A DNA stretch of 64,000 nucleotides from a bacterium (GTDB lineage Bacteria; Bacillota; Clostridia; Oscillospirales; Oscillospiraceae), in assembly GCA_004560375.1 (NCBI GenBank), contig SFVC01000012.1, positions 9,542 to 73,541 on the forward strand, in the 5' to 3' direction. The notes under the pieces are model-generated. The model was not told where the DNA came from. It saw only the letters and a program-made list of their open reading frames with translations, and ran no database searches. Positions 21,400-30,756 of the stretch are shown one piece after another. Every line of letters starts with the position of its first letter. Positions within the stretch are counted from its first letter, which is position 1. A program made the position numbers and the translations under genes.

Positions 21400-24300
21400 T
21401 TATTCGCTTCTCAGGGCCTCCACCGGATCCTTCCTGGCCGCGCCCCGGGAGGGGATCAGGCCGGCAAACACGGTGAGCACCACGCTGATGGCCACCAGAA
21501 TGGCCCCCGCCACAGGGGGCAGCACGGCGGTGAGGTCATAGAGCCCGGTGAGGTCGTGGATCAGGGCGTTGATGGGGAAGGTGGCGGCCACGCTCACCAG
21601 GATGCCCAGCACCCCCGCCGCCAGTCCCACGATGAGGGTCTCGGCGTTGAACACCCGGGACACGTCCCGCTTGGAGGCGCCCACCGCCCGGAGTATGCCG
21701 ATCTCCTTGGTGCGCTCCAGCACGGAGATGTTGGTGATGATGCCGATCATGATGGAGGACACGATGAGGGAGATGGACACAAAGGCGATGAGCAGATAGC
21801 TGATGCCGCTGATGATGCCGGTGATGGAGCTCATGAGCAGGGCCACGTAGTCGGTGTAGGTGATCTCGTCCTCCTCGTCGGCCACGCCGTCGTTGTAGTC
21901 CTGGATCAGGTCGGCGATCTGATCCTTCTGGGCAAAGGTGGTGGCGTAGATGCTGATGGCGGAGGGGGCCTCCATGCGGACGTAGCCCAGCAGATCCAGG
22001 TTGTCCTCATAGGTGGAGGAGGAGCGGGTGGGGGGCATATAGTTGTCGTAGAGGTAGACAAACTGCTCGTCGGTGAGGGGCGTGGGAACGCCCATGGACA
22101 GCCCCGCCATGCCGGGCTGGGCAAACTCCGCTTCCCGATCCATGGCGTGATCCAGCATATCCGCCAAGGTGTCCTGGGGCAGGGAGGCCAGCTGCTGGGC
22201 CACCCCGGCGGCGTACTGCTCCCGCACGGACTGGGCGATGGCCTCCTCCACCCGTGAGAACAGCTCGTCGTCGCTCATGTCGGCGATGTAGCCCCGGACG
22301 GTGTCCCCGTCCACCCCCATCTCGCCGGCGTACTGCTCCACGATCATGTCCTCCACCGCCTGGCGGGTCAGGCCCTCCATCTGCTGGGACACCACCCCGT
22401 CCACGTAGTCCTGGGTGGGCTGGCCCATCACGTCCACGTAGGCCGCCGCCTTGTCCTGGGCGGACTGCTGGGACAGATATTCGGCGACGGCGTCCGCCTT
22501 TTCCTCGGCGGTGGGTTCCACGTCGTCCTCCTTGGGGAAGGGCAGGTTGCAGATTACGTCGGTGTCGGGGTCGTCCAACTGCTTTTTCAAAATTTCGGTG
22601 TCCCCGGTGGCCTCGATGGCGAACCGGGTGAGGGCGCTGGTGTAGCCGATGCCGCCGGACAGCATCCCGTGGCCGCCGTCCACCGGCCGGGCCACCCCCG
22701 CCACCTTCAGCCGCACGCCGGTGTCTCCGCTGTTGTAGAGGAAGTCCATCCCCGCCTCGGTTTTGGACATATCGGTGTAGGTGTCCGTCACCGGGTCGTG
22801 CTGGTAGTACTCCGACGGGAGGATGAGCTTGAAGGTCAGATCGCACAGCTCGTCATAGCCCCAGCTCATGTCGGGGGCCTCCACGGACTCCCCCTTGGAC
22901 ATGGCCACCATGGCCTCCTCCATGTCGTCGTGGGGCATCAGGCCCAGGGCGTACAGCATGAGATCCGAGATCTCGTTGTTGCCGTCCACAAAGAGGATCA
23001 CCTCGTCGTGGCTCTGGGGCCAGTCGCCGTAGAGCAGCTCGTACTGGTTTTTCTCCTGCTGGGACACCAGCTCGCCGTCCTCCCCGGGCAGCAGCTCCTC
23101 CCACACGTCCATGGCGGAGTACATGGAGCCCATCTGCTCAAAATAGGAGGAGTAGTCCCCGCCGTACATGGCGCTCATGGCGTCCTGCATCAGGGTCATC
23201 ACGTCGCTTTTCAGGATGTCGCCGTTCTCGTCCTGGGTGTAGATGTCGAAACCGAAGTCATAGCTGTAGTGGAGGGCGGCCATGTCCTTGATGCCGCCGC
23301 CTCCGTTGTCCAGATATTCCTTAAACGCCTCCAGGTTGTTGGTCTCCACCTCGGCGTTGAGCATGGAGTCCATCATGTCGTACATCACGGTGGAGGCGTA
23401 TACCCGGTCGGGGTCGGGATTCGCGCCCCCTTCGCCGCCCCCTTCGCTGTGCCGTGCCCCCATGAGGGAGACCATCAGGGCGGTCATGTCGGTGCTCTCC
23501 GCCTGGATGGTGATGGGGTAGCTGGACAGGGTGTCCTCCTGCACCTTGTTGATGTAGGTGTTGATGCCGGTGGACAGGGCCAGAATCAGGGCGATGCCGA
23601 TGATGCCGATGGAGCCGGCGAAGGCGGTGAGCACCGTGCGGCCCATCTTGGTGCGAAGGTTGGTGAGGGACAGGGACAGAGCGGTGAGGAAGGACATGGA
23701 GGGCTTCTTGTCCGCCCGGGCCTGCTTGCCGGTGAGGACGGGGGCCTGCTCCTCGGCGTGGTAGGGGTTGGAGTCGCCGGTGACCCGGCCGTCCTTCAGG
23801 GTGACGATGCGGGTGGAATACTGCTGGGCCAGCTCCGGGTTGTGGGTCACCATGATCACCAGGCGATCCCGGGCCACCTCCTTCAGCAGCTCCATCACCT
23901 GCACCGACGTCTCGGAGTCCAGGGCGCCGGTGGGCTCGTCGGCCAGCAGGATGTCCGGGTCGTTGATCAGGGCACGGGCGATGGCCACCCGCTGCATCTG
24001 GCCGCCGGACATTTGCGACGGCACCTTATTGAGCTGGTCGCCCAGGCCCACCCGCTCCAGGGCCTCCTTGGCACGGCGGCGGCGCTCCGACTTGGACACC
24101 CCCGCCAGGGTCAGGGCCAGCTCCACGTTGGCCAGCACCGTCTGGTGGGGGATCAGGTTGTAGCTCTGGAACACAAAGCCGATGGAGTGGTTGCGGTAGG
24201 CGTCCCAGTCGCCGTCCTTATACTCCTTGGTGGAACGGCCGTTGATGATGAGGTCGCCGCTGGTGTAGCGATCCAGGCCGCCGATGATGTTCAAGGTGGT

Positions 24301-24435
24301 GGTCTTGCCGCAGCCGGAGGGGCCCAGGATGGAGACGAACTCGTTCTCCCGGAACTCCAGGTCGACGCCCCGGAGGGCGTCGATGGTGTTGCCGCCCAGG
24401 GTGTACTGCTTCGTGATGCCTACAAGCTTCAGCAT
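21400..24435 (-). CDS. MacB/FtsX-type fused ABC transporter ATP-binding + permease
   Basis: GPSGCGKTT, MSGGQMQR, LADEPTGALD, SVLERTKEIGILRAVGA; large extracellular domain. Confidence 0.9.
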   Translation of the reverse strand: MLKLVGITKQYTLGGNTIDALRGVDLEFRENEFVSILGPSGCGKTTTLNIIGGLDRYTSGDLIINGRSTKEYKDGDWDAYRNHSIGFVFQSYNLIPHQTVLANVELALTLAGVSKSERRRRAKEALERVGLGDQLNKVPSQMSGGQMQRVAIARALINDPDILLADEPTGALDSETSVQVMELLKEVARDRLVIMVTHNPELAQQYSTRIVTLKDGRVTGDSNPYHAEEQAPVLTGKQARADKKPSMSFLTALSLSLTNLRTKMGRTVLTAFAGSIGIIGIALILALSTGINTYINKVQEDTLSSYPITIQAESTDMTALMVSLMGARHSEGGGEGGANPDPDRVYASTVMYDMMDSMLNAEVETNNLEAFKEYLDNGGGGIKDMAALHYSYDFGFDIYTQDENGDILKSDVMTLMQDAMSAMYGGDYSSYFEQMGSMYSAMDVWEELLPGEDGELVSQQEKNQYELLYGDWPQSHDEVILFVDGNNEISDLMLYALGLMPHDDMEEAMVAMSKGESVEAPDMSWGYDELCDLTFKLILPSEYYQHDPVTDTYTDMSKTEAGMDFLYNSGDTGVRLKVAGVARPVDGGHGMLSGGIGYTSALTRFAIEATGDTEILKKQLDDPDTDVICNLPFPKEDDVEPTAEEKADAVAEYLSQQSAQDKAAAYVDVMGQPTQDYVDGVVSQQMEGLTRQAVEDMIVEQYAGEMGVDGDTVRGYIADMSDDELFSRVEEAIAQSVREQYAAGVAQQLASLPQDTLADMLDHAMDREAEFAQPGMAGLSMGVPTPLTDEQFVYLYDNYMPPTRSSSTYEDNLDLLGYVRMEAPSAISIYATTFAQKDQIADLIQDYNDGVADEEDEITYTDYVALLMSSITGIISGISYLLIAFVSISLIVSSIMIGIITNISVLERTKEIGILRAVGASKRDVSRVFNAETLIVGLAAGVLGILVSVAATFPINALIHDLTGLYDLTAVLPPVAGAILVAISVVLTVFAGLIPSRGAARKDPVEALRSE

Positions 24436-24453
24436 GGGGTGTGCTCCTTTCTT

Positions 24454-25083
24454 TGGCAGGGATGCTCCCTGCCGGGGGCGTTCCTTTCTGCTCGTGCAGA
24501 AAGGAACCGAAAGACACGCTTAAGGGGGAGGCCTCCGGCGGACGCTTTGCGTCCTTAGTCGGCCTCCCCCTTAAGAATCCCCCGTTTACGGGGGCTGTCA
24601 GATCGAGGCGTTGGTGGTTGTCCTACCGGCGCGGAGGGGATACGGACGCAGGTGTCCCTATCGCCGCTGCCGCTGAGTGGTGTGGGTACTGAAAAATGGG
24701 TGGGATCCATTGACAGTGCGCCTAAAGGTCGTGTGGTGCTTGACGCGGAGGGTATCGGGCGCGTTGCCGCACCATGGCGGGTAGCCCGAGAAATGCAGGC
24801 GTTCAAAATAGAACCCCATGCCATCAGTACCTGAGAAACGCAGGCCCGGTGTGGGCCGGAAATCGAAGGGAAATCCGTTCGCAACCCGCAAAAGCCGGTC
24901 ACTCCCCCACCGCGCTAAAATCGGCGTGCCCTTGACCTTAACGGGGGTTCTTAGGGGGTAAGCCGACTGTGGAGATGGCCCGCCCTTTGGGCCGTCTCCA
25001 CTCGGAGGCTTCCCCCTAAGCGCGCTCTTTGGTTACTTTCTCTCGCGCGAGAGAAAGTAACGCCCCCCGCAGGGCGGGAGCCC
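24454..25083. mobile_element. Second member of the structured inverted-repeat family, without cargo genes
   Basis: Short left arm 24454-24590 and long right arm ~24797-25083 match the arms at 15247-15550 and 16131-16416. Confidence 0.65.
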
Positions 25084-27003
25084 TTACTGCATGAGGGAGC
25101 ACACCAGCTCGGTGTAGGCGGCGGGATCCTCGATGGGCAGGCCCGCGATGAGCAGGGCCTGGTGGTAGAGCACCTCCACGTACCGGGCGGCCCGATCCCT
25201 GTCCCCGCTGTCCAGGGCGGACTTCAGGGCGGCGAAGGGGGCGGCGGCGGGGTTCAGCTCCAGCACGCGCTCCGCCTTCATGGGGCCCATGGGGGAGGCG
25301 GAGCCCTCCACCCTGGAGAAGTACTTCTCCATCTCCAGGGACATGGGGCCGTCCGCCGTCATGCACACCGGGGCGGTCTTGAGGATTTTGGACACCCGGG
25401 CCTCCTTGATCCGGCCGCCCAGGGTCTCCTTCACGAAGTCCAGCACGGGCTTGGCCTCCTCCGCCTGCTTTTCCTGCTCCGCCTTTTCCTCGTCGGTCTC
25501 GGGCAGGGCGTCCGGGTCGGAGACGGACTTCAGCTGCTTGCCGGATACCTCCCGGAGGGCGTTCATCACGAACTCGTCCGTCTCCTCCGTCAGATAGAGG
25601 ATCTCCCAGCCCTTGTCCGCGATGCGCTCCACCTGGGGCAGATGGGCGGCCTGGTCGGCGCTGTCGGCGCAGACGTAGTAGATGTGCTCCTGATCCGCGG
25701 GCATCCGCTCCACGTACTCGGCCAGGGAGGACAGTTTGCCCTCCTTGGAGGTGGTGAACAGCAGCAGATCCTGCAGCAGCTCCTTTTTCGCGCCGTAGTT
25801 GTCCACCACGCCGAATTTGAGCTGGCGGCCGAAGGCGGCCCAGAACTTCTCGTACTTCTCCCGGTCGTCCTTCATCAGCTTGAGCAGCTCGTTCTTGATC
25901 TTCTTCTCCAGGGCGGTGGCGATGATCTTCAACTGGCGGTCGTGCTGGAGCATCTCCCGGGAGATGTTCAGCGAGAAGTCCGGGGAGTCGGCCACGCCCT
26001 TCACGAAGCGGAAGCAGTCGGGGAGCAGGTCGGCGCACTTGTCCATGATGAGCACGCCGGAGGAGTAGAGCTGGAGGCCCTTCTCGTACTCCCGGGTGTA
26101 GAAGTCGTAGGGGGTGTTGGACGGGATGAACAGCAGGGCCTTGAAGGTCACCGTGCCCTCGGAGGAGGTGGTGATGGTGGCCAGGGGGGGCTGCCAGTCG
26201 CCGAACTTTTCCTGATAGAACTGGTCGTACTCCTCCTGCTTTACCTTGGAGCGGGGGCGCTGCCACAGGGGCACCATGGAGTTGATGGTCTTTTCCTCCA
26301 CCACCGTCTCCCACTCGGGCTTGTAGTCGTCCCCGGCGTCGGCGGGCTTCTCCTTCTGGCGGTAGTCCTCCACCTCCATGCGGATGGGGTGGCGGATGTA
26401 GTCGGAGTATTTTTTGATCAGGGTCTGGAGGCGGTTGGTCTCCAGGTACTCGCTGTAGTGCTCGTCCTCCGTGTCGGGCTTGAGGTGCATGATCACGTCG
26501 GTGCCGGGGGCCTCCTTTTCACACTCGGTGATGGTGTAGCCGTCCGCGCCGGAGGACTTCCAGCAGTGGGCGGCGTCCTCGCCGTGGCGGCGGGTGATCA
26601 CCGTCACCTCGTCCGCCACCATGAAGGCGGAGTAGAAGCCCACGCCGAACTGGCCGATGATGTCCGACTTGTCTTTGCCGTCTTCCATGTCCGCCTTGAA
26701 CTGCAGGGAGCCGCTCTTGGCGATGGTGCCCAGGTTCTGCTCCAGTTCGGCGGCGGTCATGCCTACGCCGTTGTCCGACACGGTGAGGGTGCGCTCCCCT
26801 TTGTCCGGGGTGACGGTGATGCGAAGGTCGCTTCGCTTGGTCTTCACCGTATCGTCCGTCAGGGAGAGGTAGGCCAGCTTGTCAATGGCGTCGCTGGCGT
26901 TGGAGATGATCTCCCGGAGGAAGATCTCTTTGTGGGTGTAGATGGAGTTGATCATCAGATCCATCAGGCGCTTGGATTCCGCTTTGAACTGCTTTTTTGC
27001 CAT
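25084..27003 (-). CDS. htpG: Hsp90 chaperone
   Basis: KEIFLREIISNASDAIDK, DNGVGM, LGTIAKSG, IGQFGVGFYSAF, LNISREMLQ. Confidence 0.96.
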   Translation of the reverse strand: MAKKQFKAESKRLMDLMINSIYTHKEIFLREIISNASDAIDKLAYLSLTDDTVKTKRSDLRITVTPDKGERTLTVSDNGVGMTAAELEQNLGTIAKSGSLQFKADMEDGKDKSDIIGQFGVGFYSAFMVADEVTVITRRHGEDAAHCWKSSGADGYTITECEKEAPGTDVIMHLKPDTEDEHYSEYLETNRLQTLIKKYSDYIRHPIRMEVEDYRQKEKPADAGDDYKPEWETVVEEKTINSMVPLWQRPRSKVKQEEYDQFYQEKFGDWQPPLATITTSSEGTVTFKALLFIPSNTPYDFYTREYEKGLQLYSSGVLIMDKCADLLPDCFRFVKGVADSPDFSLNISREMLQHDRQLKIIATALEKKIKNELLKLMKDDREKYEKFWAAFGRQLKFGVVDNYGAKKELLQDLLLFTTSKEGKLSSLAEYVERMPADQEHIYYVCADSADQAAHLPQVERIADKGWEILYLTEETDEFVMNALREVSGKQLKSVSDPDALPETDEEKAEQEKQAEEAKPVLDFVKETLGGRIKEARVSKILKTAPVCMTADGPMSLEMEKYFSRVEGSASPMGPMKAERVLELNPAAAPFAALKSALDSGDRDRAARYVEVLYHQALLIAGLPIEDPAAYTELVCSLMQ

Positions 27004-27086
27004 GAGTTTTTGCACCTCGTATCTAAAAATTTTTTACTGTCTCCCCGCGCGGGGGCGGAGGGGCAAAGTGGTGACAAAGAATTGCG

Positions 27087-27113
27087 TTAGCACTCTGAAG
27101 ACCGGAGTGCTAA
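27087..27113. promoter_or_regulatory. CIRCE element (HrcA operator) upstream of htpG
   Basis: Perfect TTAGCACTC-N9-GAGTGCTAA just downstream of a minus-strand TTGCAA-17-TATAGT promoter (27147-27119). Confidence 0.95.
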
Positions 27114-27492
27114 TTGGTACTATAATACGATTCGCCGGACTTTGCAAGAGAGTTTGCAAAAAATTCACAATTTTACGGGCGGAACGGCGGAACCGGCGGA
27201 ACGGAACGGGCCGTTTTGCCATTTTTCGCGGGAATATCCGGGGGAAAGCAGGGGCAGAATAGGGTTGCGGGGGAGAAAGGCAGATGGAAAAATTTTGCCA
27301 GAGCTTTTGGCGGGACAAAAGGGTTTTTGGGAAAGTTTTGGTTGCCTTTACTTAGCGTTGGTGCTATAATATATTGATAGAAAATGGGTGGGGTGCGTCT
27401 GCCCTGCTCTTTGCGCTTTTGAATCTATCGGGGGAACGCGGCCCCTTTTACAAAGTATATCCGGTGAAACCGGGAATCTGAGGTGCTGAACA

Positions 27493-28791
27493 TTGAAAAA
27501 ATATGTCATTCACGGCGGGAGACCGCTTTACGGTAAGGTTGCGATCAGCGGCGCCAAGAACGCCGCCGTGGCCATTATTCCCGCCACCCTGCTGGTGGAA
27601 GGGACATGCCGGATTGAAAATATTCCAGAGATCAGCGACGTGGATCTGCTGCTGAACATTCTGCGGGATCTGGGGGCCAGGGTGCGGGTGATCAACCGCA
27701 CCACGGTGGAGGTGGACTGCTCCGCCGTGGGCAGCCAGACGGTGCCCTATGACGCGGGACGGAAGCTGCGGGCCAGCTATTACCTGCTGGGGGCTATGCT
27801 GGGGCGGTTCGGCAAGGCCGAGGTGCCCATGCCCGGCGGGTGCGATTTCGGCAGCCGGCCCATCGATCAGCACCTGAAGGGCTTTGCCGCCCTGGGCGCA
27901 GAGGTGGAGATCAAAAACGGCTATCTGTGCGCCGAGACGAAGGGCGGACGGATGAAGGGCAGCCAGATCTATCTGGACGTGGCCAGCGTGGGGGCCACCA
28001 TGAACCTGATGCTGGCCGCCGTGCTGGCGGAGGGCACCACCGTCATTGAAAATACCGCCCGGGAGCCCCATATCGTGGATCTGGCCAACTTTTTGAACTC
28101 CATGGGGGCCGAGATCACCGGGGCGGGCACCGATGTGATCAAGATCCGGGGCGTGGAGCGGCTCCACGGCGGGGAATACTCCATCATCCCCGATCAGATC
28201 GAGGCGGGCACCTACATGGCCGCCGTGGCTGCCGCCGGAGGCGAAGTCCGGGTGTGCGGCATCATCCCCAAGCACATGGAGTGCATCACCGCCAAGCTGG
28301 TGGAGATGGGCGCCGAGGTGGACGAGGAGGGGGATTCCCTCATTGTGCGCCGCCATGGGCCCCTCCAGAGAACCAACATCAAAACCATGTTTTATCCGGG
28401 TTTTCCCACCGATATGCACCCCCAGATCGCGGCGGTGCTGTGCCTGGCGCAGGGCACCAGCGTGATCACCGAGGGCGTGTGGGACAACCGATACCGCTAT
28501 ACCGAGGAGTTCCGGCGGCTGGGCGCCAAGATCCAGGTGGACGGCAAGATCGCCATCATCGAGGGCGTGGAGAAGCTGACGGGGGCGCCCATGGAGGCCT
28601 GCGATCTGCGGGCGGGGGCGGCCATGATCATCGCGGGGCTGGCTGCTCAGGGCACCAGCGAGATCTCCAATGTGAAGCACATCGAGCGGGGCTATGAGGA
28701 CATCATCGGGAAGCTGACCGGGATCGGAGCGGATATCCGGGCGGTGGAGGTGCCCGAGCCGGATCGAAAGCAGGCGCCCGCTGCGGGGTGA
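27493..28791 (+). CDS. murA: UDP-N-acetylglucosamine 1-carboxyvinyltransferase
   Basis: SGAKNAA, PGGCDFGSRP, SVGAT, YPGFPTD, DLRAGAA. Confidence 0.93.
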   Translation: MKKYVIHGGRPLYGKVAISGAKNAAVAIIPATLLVEGTCRIENIPEISDVDLLLNILRDLGARVRVINRTTVEVDCSAVGSQTVPYDAGRKLRASYYLLGAMLGRFGKAEVPMPGGCDFGSRPIDQHLKGFAALGAEVEIKNGYLCAETKGGRMKGSQIYLDVASVGATMNLMLAAVLAEGTTVIENTAREPHIVDLANFLNSMGAEITGAGTDVIKIRGVERLHGGEYSIIPDQIEAGTYMAAVAAAGGEVRVCGIIPKHMECITAKLVEMGAEVDEEGDSLIVRRHGPLQRTNIKTMFYPGFPTDMHPQIAAVLCLAQGTSVITEGVWDNRYRYTEEFRRLGAKIQVDGKIAIIEGVEKLTGAPMEACDLRAGAAMIIAGLAAQGTSEISNVKHIERGYEDIIGKLTGIGADIRAVEVPEPDRKQAPAAG

Positions 28792-28958
28792 TAAAATAAA
28801 AGCTGGGGCCCCCGCAAAGCCCGTCTTCCGGCTTTGTGGGGAGAGGAGGGGCAAGGGAATGAAGTCCGGGATGCTCGAAGGGCGTCCCGGACGGAATGGA
28901 TTTTGCGACGACGAAGGGCGGCGATGCCGCCCTTTTTTGATGGGAGAGGGTGTGTTTT

Positions 28959-29744
28959 GTGTTAAAAGCGGCGACGCTGGCCAGCGGATCCTCCGGAAAC
29001 TGCATGGTGGTCAGCGACGGGCGGGTACATATTTTGATCGACGCGGGCATATCCACCCGGCGGATCGCCCAGGGGCTGAAGGAGCTGGGGCTGGAGCTGC
29101 GGCATATCGCCGGGGTGCTCATCACCCATGAGCACGTCGATCACGTGGCGGCGCTGCCGGTGCTGTGCCGGCAGGCGGGGGCGGCGCTGTTTACTGCGGA
29201 GAGCACCGCCTTCGCCCTGTGCGCCAAGTGGCCCGGGCTGGAGGAGCGGTTCCGGGTGTTCGCGCCGGGACAGCGGTTCGCCCTGGGGGAGTGGGAGATC
29301 GGCACCTTCGCCACCAGCCACGACTGCGCCTGCCCGGTGGGGTTCTCTGTGGAGGACGGACGGCGGAAGCTGGCGCTGTGCACCGATACCGGCTATATCA
29401 CCCCCCAGGCCCGGGAGGGGGTGCGGGGGGCCTGCACGCTGGTGGGGGAGTTTAACTATGACCCGGAGATGCTGCGGCGGGGGCCCTATCCCCGGCACTT
29501 GCAGGAGCGGATCCGGGGGGACGCGGGGCACCTGTCCAACGAGATGGGCGGGGAGCTGGCGGCCTGGGCGGTTGAGCATGGAGCGGCGCGGGTGGTGCTC
29601 GCCCACCTGTCCCAGGAGAACAACCGGCCGCAGCTGGCGCTGGAGGCGGCGGGACGGGCGCTGGCGGGGGCTGGAGTCGGAGAGGGAGACGTGGAGCTGC
29701 TCTGCGCGCCCCGGGGGGAGTGCTCGGGGTGGTTTGAGGTATAG
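28959..29744 (+). CDS. YycJ/WalJ-like metallo-beta-lactamase-fold nuclease/hydrolase
   Basis: LASGSSGN, THEHVDH, SHD, GHLSN, AHLSQENN. Confidence 0.85.
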   Translation: MLKAATLASGSSGNCMVVSDGRVHILIDAGISTRRIAQGLKELGLELRHIAGVLITHEHVDHVAALPVLCRQAGAALFTAESTAFALCAKWPGLEERFRVFAPGQRFALGEWEIGTFATSHDCACPVGFSVEDGRRKLALCTDTGYITPQAREGVRGACTLVGEFNYDPEMLRRGPYPRHLQERIRGDAGHLSNEMGGELAAWAVEHGAARVVLAHLSQENNRPQLALEAAGRALAGAGVGEGDVELLCAPRGECSGWFEV

Positions 29745-29803
29745 CGCGGCGATGGCCGGATGGGAGAAGGCTGGAACGGAGCGCGAAGGAGAAAGCGGGG
29801 AAT

Positions 29804-30289
29804 ATGATGGTTGACATTACACTGATCTGCGTGGGCAAGCTGAAAGAAAAGTTTTATCAGGACGCCTGCGCGGAGTATGTCAAGCGGCTGGGCGGATGCT
29901 GCAAGCTGAGCATTGTGGAGATCCCCGAGCAGCGGCTGTCCAAAAATCCGTCGCTGGGGGAGATCCAGGGGGCGCTGGAGAAGGAGGGGGACGCGATCCG
30001 GGGGAAGATTCCGTCCAATTCCAGCGTGGTTGTGCTGGCCATTGAGGGGAAAACGCGATCCAGCGAGGAGCTGGCCCAGATGATCTCCGATTGGGCCCGC
30101 AGCCCGGCGAAGCATCTGGTGTTTGTCATCGGGGGATCCTATGGGCTCCACCCGTCGGTGAAGGCGGGGGCCTGGTGCTCGCTGTCTATGTCGCCTATGA
30201 CCTTTCCCCACCATTTGGCCCGGGTGATGCTGCTGGAGCAGATCTATCGGGCGTTTAAGATTCAGGAGGGGGCGGATTACCACAAATAA
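29804..30289 (+). CDS. rlmH: 23S rRNA pseudouridine-1915 N3-methyltransferase
   Basis: VGKLKEK, FVIGGSYGL, MTFPHHLARVMLLEQIYRAF, YHK end. Confidence 0.95.
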   Translation: MMVDITLICVGKLKEKFYQDACAEYVKRLGGCCKLSIVEIPEQRLSKNPSLGEIQGALEKEGDAIRGKIPSNSSVVVLAIEGKTRSSEELAQMISDWARSPAKHLVFVIGGSYGLHPSVKAGAWCSLSMSPMTFPHHLARVMLLEQIYRAFKIQEGADYHK

Positions 30290-30342
30290 AAAGCGCGGAG
30301 CCGTCATGAGCAGACGGAACGTGACAATAAAATAAGCGCGGA

Positions 30343-30381
30343 GAATTCCGGGGCAAAATTTGCCTCGGAATTTTTTGTTTT
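30343..30381 (+). terminator. Intrinsic terminator after rlmH
   Basis: aattccggggcaaa/tttgcctcggaatt hairpin followed by ttttgtttt. Confidence 0.7.
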
Positions 30382-30435
30382 GCACTGGAATGGACAACAG
30401 AAGGGGCGTTTCCGGCACCGGCGAGGAGGCTTGGT

Positions 30436-30756
30436 ATGGAGCGCGAGGAGATGGGGCTGGAGGAGCTGGGCCAGGCGGAGCTGCTGGAGGAACTGCGGCG
30501 GCTGGCGGCGTGGAGGAACAACGACGTGGTGAAGCTGGCCTTCCTGGACGGGGAGGCGGCGGATCAGGTGGACGCGCTGGATCTGTCCGGCGTGGTGGAG
30601 CTGAAACGGAATGCAAACGGCACGTTTGAGGCCAAATTTGTGGACAAGGTGCGGGTTTTGACCATGATCCGGGAGCTGATGGAGGAGCGCCGGGACGGAG
30701 AGCTGGAGGCGTTTCTGGACGGGCTGTGCCGGGACGGGGAGGCGGATAAGGAGTGA
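30436..30756 (+). CDS. Probable terminase small subunit
   Basis: 106 aa; overlaps the terL start (GTGA); KFVDKVRVL resembles the KLxDKxKAL segment of TerS proteins; mostly a positional call. Confidence 0.6.
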   Translation: MEREEMGLEELGQAELLEELRRLAAWRNNDVVKLAFLDGEAADQVDALDLSGVVELKRNANGTFEAKFVDKVRVLTMIRELMEERRDGELEAFLDGLCRDGEADKE

